Part shown: in pieces, positions 34,542 through 46,600 of the stretch
Position numbering within the stretch: the stretch's first letter is position 1
Layout of the letters: each line of letters begins with the position of its first letter
NCBI GenBank assembly: GCA_040954595.2
Contig: CM082585.2
Coordinates: forward strand, 1,006,814-1,070,813
Direction: 5' to 3'
Source of the DNA: Balanoglossus misakiensis
Taxonomy: Eukaryota > Animalia > Hemichordata
DNA: 64,000 nt
Notes under the pieces: generated by a model
Database searches by the model: none
What the model saw: the letters and a program-made list of their open reading frames with translations, nothing else
What the model was told of the DNA's origin: nothing
Program-made: the position numbers and the translations under genes

Positions 34542-34599
34542 CTTCTGGACATTCATATTTCACAAAGGGTGTTCCAAACAGTGCTCCAAGATCCAATTG
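34542..34599 (-). CDS. Exon: N-terminal segment before the lectin (QLDLGALFGTPFVKYECPE)
   Basis: ttgtaacag|CAA ... GAAG|gtaagt; 58 nt, phase 0-1; joins the next exon to give ECPEGY. Confidence 0.7.
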
Positions 34600-36624
34600 C
34601 TGTTACAAATAAACAATAAGTTAGCTGCCAGTACACTCAATGATGTACGCGCAGAACGTCAACTGGTAAACAGTGCGCCTGTGTCTCTTCCCATAGGAGT
34701 ACATGGAGAATAGTTAGAAAACTCCCTTCTATTATTGTCATTTTCAGGAAATTTTACACATAGCTCCGACAAATCAAAATAAATTCACCACGGTCTATTT
34801 TGAGATAAACTTTGTTCAATATTGTATCCATAGGCAAACCATTGGTAGAAAATGCTGACCGTCAGCAGTTTTCTTCAATTATCGACTAAATTCACGGCCT
34901 TGTTTAAAGTCGAAAACAAGTGCAGTGACCCAAAATGGTTTTTCATTATACATACAAATCAGAAACGAAAATCCACGATTAAAAGAAATGACAATACAAA
35001 ACACCGTTTATGTTAATGTAAATGTGGATATATAGTGATGCAACGTTCAACCGCACACACATTCCATCCCGCATGTAGACACGAGAGCGAAAACTCGCCA
35101 AACTGAAAAATCGGTCTCTACCATTTATTCATTTTGGGCGAGTTTTTACTCTCATATCATACAAGCAGGATGGAAGTTGTGTGTGGTTGAACGTTCATTC
35201 ACTACATATACACATGCCCATTAATATAAACGGTGTCTTGTATCAAACATTATTAATAGAAAAGGGCGACGGGAGAGAGTTTGCCCCTTTAAGGCGACAT
35301 GATGCATGAAGTGGCGAGAGATAAATGCGACTGACCACCGCATTAAACACTGTCAAGCAAGGCACTTCAAATGCCAATTGTTTAAGTGTGTACTAAGTAA
35401 TAGTTTCATGTACCATGTCCTGGGGGGGGGAGGGGTCAAATCACAACAGTTGGACATGTACGAATATGAAGAGACGATATCAGTTTTTTCATGTCTTCCT
35501 TTAGTAAACAATCTTTTTTGAACTTTGTATAGAATTCATTGAACTTTACTTTAGCTTATGAACTCTCATTTGCACATCGTCATCTTGAAATTGTGTCGAC
35601 TTTATCATAAGGTTTTTATAACTCAACTAGGTCGCAAAACCTATTTAAGTTAGTGAGAATAGGACGTTCACCTTTTGGGTTGATGGCTACAGACATTAAT
35701 CCTGACTCATACACATGTTGCAGCCAGTATACTCTGCAGACATTGGACACAATAGTTTTACTAACCATTGAATTTTATTGGACCATCAAGTTTATTGACC
35801 CATGACGTTCATATACATTGTATGACACGACTGACGCTATAATCGGTCCATACCTTCGGCGAGCCAAGTGTTTTATAACATCATAAGATATTAATACCTA
35901 TCACCCAGTCAAACGATTTCAAGTTATACAATTTCCACGCCAATAGGACGCCTTTAGGTGGAAATGCAACCAGGTATCCTGAATAGGAAAATATTCCGGG
36001 TATCTGTCAAGTTTAGTCCCATATTTAGGGGACCAAGAGCCCTCAGGCGCTTGGTCCCCTTCTGTTATTGCTGGAGTTTGTCTTCTTTCTTCTTGAGTCG
36101 TTTTTTTGCGCCCGTTTTTCTCTGAAATTCCGGCAGGTGCGCCTTCCAAATTTGGCACGGTGGTTGGGGCCCATAGTACTGGTGCACCAGCCCTTTGAAT
36201 TTGTAATTAGTCACGTGACTTTGTTGCTATAATCGAGCGAAATTTTCAATTTGACCTAATTTGCACGTTAATGGGGGCATGTACATTCTTTTCGCGATTT
36301 GTGTAGACCATGTGGCCAAAATCCCCTGTGCCAAATTTCAAGGTCCTAGGCCACGTCGATTTTGAGAAGAAGATTTTTGTAATATTTTTTCGCTTTTTTT
36401 GGTGGGCTGAGGACGGACACTGGGGCATCGGACTTTGACCGTCATTACGTTATGTTGTGGAGATCTCATTAGCAGGCTACTCACTTCTGGCGGGTTGCAG
36501 TAGTCCTTGGAAAATCGGCTGAAATACGTAAACAGACCAGTGATTATTTTCCACGGAATGAATTTTGGGACAACACATTATCGGAGTTCAGGCTGTGTTA
36601 GGGCGTTTTATTGAATTACGCTGA

Positions 36625-39600
36625 GTTTGGATTGACTACTGTGTTACCACTGAAATTTCTCATAGCAATGTTCTTTCAATTTCGAGTCTTTGCAATGTTG
36701 TTGACTCCGACCATATTCCTGTTTCAATAGAGGTTCATTTCAACACTTCTGCTGATGAAAGCTTCAGCAGTAGTTCCTTCAAGCAATGTAATTTTCGAGT
36801 TGATTGGAAAAAATTGTCACAGCAGAATATATCCGCCTACACCGGTTGTACCAAAGCCAAGATTGATAAGATTAATTTATCCGAAGAGTTATTCTGCACT
36901 AATGTGAACTGTACAGACCCTTCGCATTTACAGGCAATTGATACTTGTTATAGTAGTATTGTGGACGCATTGAATTGTGCTGCAAAAGATACCATTAGAC
37001 GTAAGTTTCACCAGAAAGTTCATGTTGTGCCTGGCTGGAACGATTTTGTAAAAGAAAGTCACGACTATGCCCGTTCCATGTTTTTATTATGGGTTAATGT
37101 GGGTTAACCTAAACAAGGCCCGCTTTTTGAAACCATGAAATCTTCCAGAGCTCGTTTTTAGTATGCTTTACGTGCTTGTAAAAAGATTGAGAATCAAAAT
37201 AGGGCTGACAAGATGGCTGATAATTTACGCTGCCACAAACAGAACGACTTCTGGGAGGAAGTCAGAAAGCAAACTTGCAGAAAAACGCCGCTTTCTGACA
37301 CTGTAGGTGGAGCGACTGGTGAGAGTGAAATTGCAATTATGTGGCACAAGCATTTCAGTGATATTTTGAATTCTGTCCAGGCTCAGACTGGTAAAAATGA
37401 CATCGAGGAGAAAATGAAGTATGTTAAATTTTCTTCTGATATGTATGTTTCTGAAGACGAAGTAATTTCTGCTATACATAAGTTACCTGATGGTAAGACA
37501 GCTGGCATTGACAATATTTTAGCTGAGCACCTCAAATTCTCAGACTCCTCTATTTTACCCTTTTTGACTTGTTGTATTAATGCAATGATTGTTCATGGTT
37601 ACCTGCCAACTGAGGCTATCAATGTTAATTTAGTTCCAATTATTAAGGATAAAACTAAGCTTTGTAGTGATGCCAGTAACTACCGGCCGATAGCACTAGC
37701 AACTGTTTTCTCTAAAGTTTTTGAGCATATTTTACTTTCTCGTTGTGAGGAGTTTCTTACCTCTCATTATTTACAATTTGGTTTCAAGCGAGAACATTCA
37801 ACTGACCTGTGTTTATTTGCATTTAAAGAAATCATTAGCTACTACACCAGCAATGGAAGACCAGTGTTTACTTGTTTTCTGGATGCTTCAAAAGCTTTTG
37901 ACAGAGTTAATCACTTTAAACTGGTTATAATTAACAAGCACATCGACAGGAATGTTCCCTTGTATGCTGTACGAATTTTATATTAATGGTACAGAAATCA
38001 ATTGTTTACTGTGTTGTGGGGTAATGAAACCTCAGAGTTGTTTTCTGTTTCTAACGGTGTAAGACAAGGGGGGGTACTCTCTCCCTATCTTTTTAATGTC
38101 TACATTGATGATATTATCAATGCACTCTGTAAAGCCAAAGTTAGCTGTACCATGTGTGGTGTCAGCGCTAACACTTTAGGTTACGCTGACGACATGACTC
38201 TACTCAGTCCAAGTATTAAGGGTCTACGCCGTCTTCTTAGAATTTGTGAAATTTATGGCAAGGATTATGATATCATTTATAATTCTAGTAAAACTGTGTG
38301 CATGCTTTTTAATGGGAAGAATATGAGCGTTCAAAGAATTCCTTCGGTTAAACTTAATGACATCACTTTAAAGTTTGTACCTGTACACACCTATCTGGGC
38401 CATGTTATATCTTGTGATGGTTGTGATAATGAAGATATTGAACGACAGAGAAGAGCATTTTGTGTAAGAGCAAACATGCTATTGAGACATTTTCAACATT
38501 GTAGTCAAGATGTGAAGAAAGTTTTATTTTTGGCATATTGTAGTAATATTTACTGTTGCAGTTTGTGGGCATCCTTTAAAGTTAAACCGATGAAAAAATT
38601 TAAAACTATGTACAATAATGTTTGCAGAAGATTTCTCGGTCTTCCGCCATTTTGCTGTGCATCGGGTATGTTTGCTACAAACCATGTACATGTATTGTCA
38701 CTTGGTGAAGTTTTTAGACGCAATATGTACAGTTTTAAGATGGGTCCCTGGGATCTTTTTGCTCGTTGCTGTGGGCCTTTATAGGACATTACACCCCGAT
38801 TTGGACTAAGCCGTTTTCAGAGTCTAACAAGGGGCTGGTAACTAGTTGAAAATCTGCACGATTATGTGCACACCCCCTGTCCGAGTATGTTTACGGCAGC
38901 TACCACCCGGCCATAGGCCGCCACGCTAATACGGCAAAGCAGCGGTCAGCGATAGCGTGCGCGTCCTGTAACCACAGTAACTGGATCGAACGCTAAAAAT
39001 CCAATGTTTTGTACACAGAGATTTTGTACCGTTCACGAAAATCCCTAAGGCTTTTTTCATAGGCCACGTACGCCAGTCAAATTTGACCTGCTTGTTGAGA
39101 ACGCACTTCCGCACAGTGTGACGGATCGTTTTTTTCGGTTTTCGTCATGCTAAGAAACGATACCGGTGGAAGAGTGCGTCCAAAAACACCCAAAATCGAT
39201 GACTTTTTCAGGTGTGGTACGGGTATGCTGAAATCTTAGGATACAACGATAATATTCGAAAACAAAATCCGTCACGATCTTCCCTGGTTCAAGCAACTAA
39301 TGAATACGTATCAAGTTCGTTTTTGAGGTCACGGAATAAAAAGCCTTAGGCTTTTGAAATTTGACCTAGCTAATTTTCATATCAATGGCGTCAGGGGGCG
39401 CGCGCTCACAATCGTGCAGATTTTCAACTAGTTACCAGCCCCTTGTTAGACTCTGAAAACGGCTTAGTCCAAATCGGGGTGTAATGTCCTATAAAGGCCC
39501 ATAGCAACGAGCAAAAAGATCCCAGGGACCCATCTTAAGCGTAGACTCGAAAATTCTTCTAATGTTTTACTTGATGCGATCTGTTAATCAGATAGAGCGA

Positions 39601-39763
39601 CTGACAGCATATTTTTCAAACATTGGCGAAAGCAATTGTATATCATGTAAGTTTTTTTTTGTGTGTGTCTCAGTGTCAGATTATTATTATTGTTTTTTTT
39701 TCTTCTCTCTTTTGGGTATATGGACTTTTTTTAAAGTCTGAAATAAAGAATTGTTATTATTTG
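36625..39763 (+). mobile_element. 5'-truncated, decayed non-LTR retrotransposon (APE endonuclease end plus reverse transcriptase; RTEX-like)
   Basis: WIDY...SDHIP (36628-36720); VPGWND; NYRPIAL; QFGFK; FLDASKAFDRVNH; GVRQGGVLSPYLFNVYIDD; YADD (38182-38193); YLG. ORFs 36814, 37213 and 38002 lie in one frame separated by point stops (37105, 37159, 37984). The 3' end is GTCTGAAATAAAG plus a TTA-type tail. The clade call is from recalled motifs. Confidence 0.92.
38739..39534. mobile_element. 796-bp non-autonomous TIR transposon with TTAA TSD (Kolobok-like, GA...TC termini), nested in the LINE
   Basis: 125-bp TIRs (38739-38863 and 39410-39534) with one visible mismatch; TTAA at 38735-38738 and 39535-39538. 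Excision restores the LINE frame (..YSFK|RRLENSSNVLL). Confidence 0.92.
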
Positions 39764-40645
39764 TTAGCTGTTGCCATTCAAATGTGTCTACGCAAACCCG
39801 GCTACACTGGCAGTGGGCTTTGACTCTAAGTCGCTAATGTTGTGGGAGGTTTCATTAGCATTGTAGTCACATGTAGTGGATAGTAGTTTGGGAAATTGCC
39901 TGAAATACGTCAGCAGACCAGTGATTTTCTTGCACGAAGGGAGTTTGGTACCAGCAATAATCAGAGATCAGGCTTCGTTGCCGTTCAAAAGTTCCTACTT
40001 CAGTCGTGATGTTGCAACTGGACGTTCAGTATGGGGGTCGGCCCGCAGGTGGCCGTGTGGGTTATCAGGTCGCCCGTAACGGCACGCAGCTACATGCAGC
40101 TGTATGGGACCAAAATAATACACCCGATTCGGGGGTCACCTGTGACACCTGCGTAACTCAATAATTATGTGCATGCGTAATTGTGGGGTCAATGAAAGGG
40201 GTGGTAGCGTGGTATTTGTTGCACATGGATCAATATGAAGTCCGATTTTCCCGTCAAGTTGTGGGCGACCTTATGTGACCTTTCACCTACTTTTGCTTAG
40301 TGAGCATCTACAGAAGATGCATGCAGCTTTGGCTTGGGGGGGGGGGGGGCATATACGGATGGGACCATAATGATATACCAAAGGCGGGGTCACCTGTTGC
40401 ACCTGCCTAAGTCATTGATTTTGTACATTTAATTGGACACTAACCAACAGGGCGATAGGTGTGGTTTTTGTTCCACAGGGACGAATGTAAGTGTCAGTTG
40501 GTTTTTGCCCAAATGTATAAGGTGATTTTGATGACCTCTGTCATACAGTGCCATATCTCATCCCGTTGTACAGGTGCAGCTTTGGTATTTGGAGGGATGA
40601 AACTATCATGAAATGCCAAATACAGGGGGATACCTTTGACACCTG

Positions 40646-43600
40646 CCATGATTTTTTTCAAAAATCGACGAAATTTTGAGATTTTGCAAAGTCGAAAATT
40701 TGTCATTTTTTGATGATTTTCACCCGTCTTTTTTCAAAAATCGACGAAATTTTGAGATTTTGCAAAAGAGGAAAATTTGTCATTTTTTGATGATTTTCAA
40801 CAATTTTTTTAAAAAATCGACGAAAATTTGAGATTTTGCAGTAAAAAATTTGTAATTTTTTGATGATTTTCACCGATGATTTTTTTCAAAATTGACGAAA
40901 TTTTGAAATTTTGCAGTCGAAAATTTGTCATTTTTTGATGATTTTCCCCCATGATTTTTTTCAAAAATCGACGAAATTTTGAGATTTTGCAAAGTCGAAA
41001 ATTTGTCATTTTTTGATGATTTTCACCCATGATTTTCTTCAAAAATCGACGAAATTTTGAGATTTTGCAAAGTCGAAAATTTGTCATTTTTTGATGATAT
41101 TCACCCAATGTTTTTTTTTCAAAAATGGACGAACCCATGATTTTTTTCAAAATCGACGAAATTTTGAGATTTTGCAAAGTCGAAAATTTGTCATTGTCAT
41201 GATGATTTTAAACCATGATTTTTTTCAAAAATTGACGAAATTTTGAGATTTTGCAGTCAAAAATTTGTCATTTTTTGATGATTTTCACCCATGATTTTTT
41301 TTCACAAATCGGCGAAATTTTGAGATTTTGCAGTCGTAAATTTGTCATTTTTTAATGATTTTCCTCCATGATTTTTTTTCAAAAATCGACGAAATTTTGA
41401 GATTTTGCAAAGTCTAAAATTTGTCATTTTTTGATGATTTTCACCCATGTCTTTTTTCAAAAATCGACGAAATTTTGAGATTTTGCAAAGAGGAAAATTT
41501 GTCATTTTTTGATGATTTTCAACAATGATTTTTTTTCAAAAATCGACGAAATTTTGAGATTTTGCAGTCAAAAATTTGTCATTTTTTGATGATTTTCAAC
41601 AATTTTTTTAAAAAATCGACGAAAATTTGAGATTTTGCAGTAAAAAATTTGTCATTTTTTGATGATTTTCACCCATGATTTTTTTTCACAAATCGACGAA
41701 ATTTTGAGATTTTGTAGTCGTTAATTTGTCATTTTTTGATGATTTTCCCCCATGATTTTTTTCAAAAATCAACGAAATTTTGAGATTTTGCAAAGTCGAA
41801 AATTTGTCATTTTTAGATGATTTTCACCCGTCTTTTTTCAAAAAATCGACGAAATTTTGAGATTTTGCAAAGAGGAAAATTTGTCATTTTTTGATAATTT
41901 TCAACAATGATTTATTTCAAAAATCGACGAAATTTTGAGATTTTGCAGTCGAAAATTTGTCATTTTTTGATGATTTTCCCCCATGATTTTTTTCAAAAAT
42001 CGACGAAATTTTGAGATTTTGCAAAGTTTAAAATTTTTCAAAAATCGACGAAATTTATAGATTTTGCAAAGAGGAAAATTTGTCATTTTTTGATGATTTT
42101 CACCCATGATTTTTTTCAAAATCGACGAAATTTTGAGATTTTGCAGTCGAAAATTTGTCATTTTTTGATGATTTTCACCCATGATTTTTTCAAAATTGAC
42201 GAAATTTTGAAATTTTGCAGTCGAAAATTTGTCATTTTTTGATCATTTTCCCCATGATTTTTTTCAAAAATCGACGAAATTTTGAGATTTTGCAAAGTCG
42301 AAAATTTGTCATTTTTTGATGATTTTCTCCCTTGATTTTCTTCAAAAATCGACGAAATTTTGAGATTTTGCAAAGTCGAAAATTTGTCATTTTTGATGAT
42401 TTTCACCCATGATTTTTTTCAAAAATCGATATGATTTTGAGATTTTGCAGTAAAAAAATTGTCATTATTTGATGATTTTCGACCATGATTTTTTTCAAAA
42501 TTGACGAAATTTTGAGATTTTGCAGTCGAAAATTTGTCATTTTTTGATCATTTTCCCCATTGATTTTTTTCAAAAATCGACGAAATTTTGAGATTTTGCA
42601 AAGTCGAAAATTTGTCATTTTTTGATGATTTTCACCCATGTCTTTTTTCAAAAATCGACGAAATTTTGAGATTTTGCAAAGAGGAAAATTTGTCATTTTT
42701 TGATGATTTTCAACAATGATTTATTTCAAAAATCGACGAAATTTTGAGATTTTGCAGTCGAAAATTTGTCATTTTTTGATGATTTTCCCCCATGATTTTT
42801 TTCAAAAATCGACGAAATTTTGAGATTTTGCAAAGTTTAAAATTTTCAAAATCGACGAAATTTATAGATTTTGCAAAGAGGAAAATTTGTCATTTTTTGA
42901 TGATTTTCACCCATGATTTTTTTCAAAATCGACGAAATTTTGAGATTTTGCAAAGTCGAAAATTTGTCATTTTTTGATGATTTTCACCCATGATTTTTTC
43001 AAAATTGACGAAATTTTGAAATTTTGCAGTCGAAAATTTGTCATTTTTTGATCATTTTCCCCATGATTTTTTTCAAAAATCGACGAAATTTTGAGATTTT
43101 GCAAAGTCGAAAATTTGTCATTTTTTGATGATTTTCTCCCTTGATTTTCTTCAAAAATCGACGAAATTTTGAGATTTTGCAAAGTCGAAAATTTGTCATT
43201 TTTTGATGATTTTCTCCCTTGATTTTCTTCAAAAATCGACGAAATTTTGAGATTTTGCAAAGTTGAAAATTTTTCAAAAATCGACGAAATTTATAGATTT
43301 TGCAAAGAGGAAAATTTGTCATTTTTTGATGATTTTCACCCATGATTTTTTTCAAAAATCAACGAAATTTTGAGATTTTGCAAAGTCGAAAATTTGTCAT
43401 TTTTAGATGATTTTCACCCGTCTTTTTTCAAAAAATCGACGAAATTTTGTGATTTTGTAAAGAGGAAAATTTGTCATTTTTTGATAATTTTCAACAATGA
43501 TTTATTTCAAAAATCGACGAAATTTTGAGATTTTGCAGTCGAAAATTTGTCATTTTTTGATGATTTTCCCCCATGATTTTTTTCAAAAATCGACGAAATT

Positions 43601-46600
43601 TTGAGATTTTGCAGTAAAAAAATTGTCATTATTTGATGATTTTCGACCATGATTTTTTTCAAAATTGACGAAATTTTGAGATTTTGCAGTCGAAAATTTG
43701 TCATTTTTTGATCATTTTCCCCCATGATTTTTTTCAAAAATCGACGAAATTTTGAGATTTTGCAAAGTCGAAAATTTGTCATTTTTTGATGATTTTCACC
43801 CATGTCTTTTTTCAAAAATCGACGAAATTTTGAGATTTTGCAAAGAGGAAAATTTGTCATTTTTTGATGATTTTCAACAATGATATTTTTTCAAAAATCG
43901 ACGAAATTTTGAGATTTTGCAGTCAAAAATTTGTCATTTTTTGATGATTTTCAACTATTTTTTTAAAAAATCGACGAAAATTTGAGATTTTGCAGTAAAA
44001 AATTTGTCATTTTTTGATGATTTTCACCCATGATTTTTTCAAAATTGGCAAAATTTTGAGATTTTGCAAAGTCGAAAATTTGTCATTTTTTGATGATTTT
44101 CACCCATGATTTTTTTTCACAAATCGACGAAATTTTGAGATTTTGTAGTCGTAAATTTGTCATTTTTTGATGATTTTCCCCCATGATTTTTTTCAAAAAT
44201 CAACGAAATTTTGAGATTTTGCAAAGTCGAAAATTTGTCATTTTTAGATGATTTTCACCCGTCTTTTTTCAAAAAATCGACGAAATTTTGTGATTTTGTA
44301 AAGAGGAAAATTTGTCATTTTTTGATAATTTTCAACAATGATTTATTTCAAAAATCGACGAAATTTTGAGATTTTGCAAAGTCGAAAATTTGTCATTTTT
44401 AGATGATTTTCACCCGTCTTTTTTCAAAAAATCGACGAAATTTTGTGATTTTGTAAAGAGGAAAATTTGTCATTTTTTGATAATTTTCAACAATGATTTA
44501 TTTCAAAAATCGACGAAATTTTGAGATTTTGCAGTCGAAAATTTGTCATTTTTTGATGATTTTCCCCCATGATTTTTTTCAAAAATCGACGAAATTTTGA
44601 GATTTTGCAGTAAAAAAATTGTCATTATTTGATGATTTTCGACCATGATTTTTTTCAAAATTGACGAAATTTTGAGATTTTGCAGTCGAAAATTTGTCAT
44701 TTTTTGATCATTTTCCCCCATGATTTTTTTCAAAAATCGACGAAATTTTGAGATTTTGCAAAGTCGAAAATTTGTCATTTTTTGATGATTTTCACCCATG
44801 TCTTTTTTCAAAAATCGACGAAATTTTGAGATTTTGCAAAGAGGAAAATTTGTCATTTTTTGATGATTTTCAACAATGATATTTTTTCAAAAATCGACGA
44901 AATTTTGAGATTTTGCAGTCAAAAATTTGTCATTTTTTGATGATTTTCAACTATTTTTTTAAAAAATCGACGAAAATTTGAGATTTTGCAGTAAAAAATT
45001 TGTCATTTTTTGATGATTTTCACCCATGATTTTTTCAAAATTGGCAAAATTTTGAGATTTTGCAAAGTCGAAAATTTGTCATTTTTTGATGATTTTCACC
45101 CATGATTTTTTTTCACAAATCGACGAAATTTTGAGATTTTGTAGTCGTAAATTTGTCATTTTTTGATGATTTTCCCCCATGATTTTTTTCAAAAATCAAC
45201 GAAATTTTGAGATTTTGCAAAGTCGAAAATTTGTCATTTTTAGATGATTTTCACCCGTCTTTTTTCAAAAAATCGACGAAATTTTGTGATTTTGTAAAGA
45301 GGAAAATTTGTCATTTTTTGATAATTTTCAACAATGATTTATTTCAAAAATCGACGAAATTTTGAGATTTTGCAGTCGAAAATTTGTCATTTTTTGATGA
45401 TTTTCCCCCATGATTTTTTTCAAAAATCGACGAAATTTTGAGATTTTGCAAAGTTGAAAATTTTTCAAAAATCGACGAAATTTATAGATTTTGCAAAGAG
45501 GAAAATTTGTCATTTTTTGATGATTTTCACCCATGATTTTTTTCAAAATTGACGAAATTTTGAGTTTTTGCAGTCGAAAATTTGTCATTTTTTGATGATT
45601 TTCACCCGTTTTTTTTTCAAAAATCGACGAAATTTTGAGATTTTGCAGTCGAAAATTTGTCATTTTTTGATGATTTTCACCCATGATTTTTTCAAAATTG
45701 ACGAAATTTTGAAATTTTGCAGTCGAAAATTTGTCATTTTTTGATCATTTTCCCCATGATTTTTTTCAAAAATCGACGAAATTTTGAGATTTTGCAAAGT
45801 CGAAAATTTGTCATTTTTAGATGATTTTCACCCGTCTTTTTTCAAAAAATCGACGAAATTTTGAGATTTTGCAAAGAGGAAAATTTGTCATTTTTTGATA
45901 ATTTTCAACAATGATTTATTTGAAAAATCGACGAAATTTTGAGATTTTGCAGTCGAAAATTTGTCATTTTTTGATGATTTTCCCCCATGATTTTTTTCAA
46001 AAATCGACGAAATTTTGAGATTTTGCAAAGTTTAAAATTTTTCAAAAATCGACGAAATTTATAGATTTTGCAAAGAGGAAAATTTGTCATTTTTTGATGA
46101 TTTTCACCCATGATTTTTTTCAAAATCGACGAAATTTTGAGATTTTGCAGTCGAAAATTTGTCATTTTTTGATGATTTTCACCCATGATTTTTTCAAAAT
46201 TGACGAAATTTTGAAATTTTGCAGTCGAAAATTTGTCATTTTTTGATCATTTTCCCCATGATTTTTTTCAAAAATCGACGAAATTTTGAGATTTTGCAAA
46301 GTCGAAAATTTGTCATTTTTTGATGATTTTCTCCCTTGATTTTCTTCAAAAATCGACGAAATTTTGAGATTTTGCAAAGTCGAAAATTTGTCATTTTTTG
46401 ATGATTTTCCCCCATGATTTTTTTCAAAAATCGACGAAATTTTGAGATTTTGCAAAGTTGAAAATTTTTCAAAAATCGACGAAATTTATAGATTTTGCAA
46501 AGAGGAAAATTTGTCATTTTTTGATGATTTTCACCCATGATTTTTTTCAAAAATCAACGAAATTTTGAGATTTTGCAAAGTCGAAAATTTGTCATTTTTA

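Larger units (their letters stand above)
15167..34599 (-). pseudogene. uif: Uninflatable-like multidomain extracellular gene (CTL-CUB-CUB-CUB-Sushi x4-EGF-EGF), intron-containing, with multiple disabling lesions; signal-peptide exon and 3' part not found in the window
   Basis: 16 exons or remnants with mutually compatible intron phases. The domain order and motifs (CPEGYQLRGASCYK; FSP-DCPE; YGGIAYYQC; GYLLYANNGTGGFYLPPGETG...YTFNQSCV) match my recollection of Drosophila Uif. The symbol means uif-like; orthology is untested. Confidence 0.75.

Noticed and set aside
35700-35790. Signal-peptide first exon of the uif-like gene
   Set aside because: No frame gives ATG, a hydrophobic stretch and a phase-0 donor without stops, so the first exon remains unlocated.
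36814-38784. Novel reverse-transcriptase system (retron, DGR or RT linked to the arrays)
   Set aside because: The motifs are those of an ordinary APE-type non-LTR retrotransposon with in-frame stops and a nested MITE. I saw no sequence link to either satellite.
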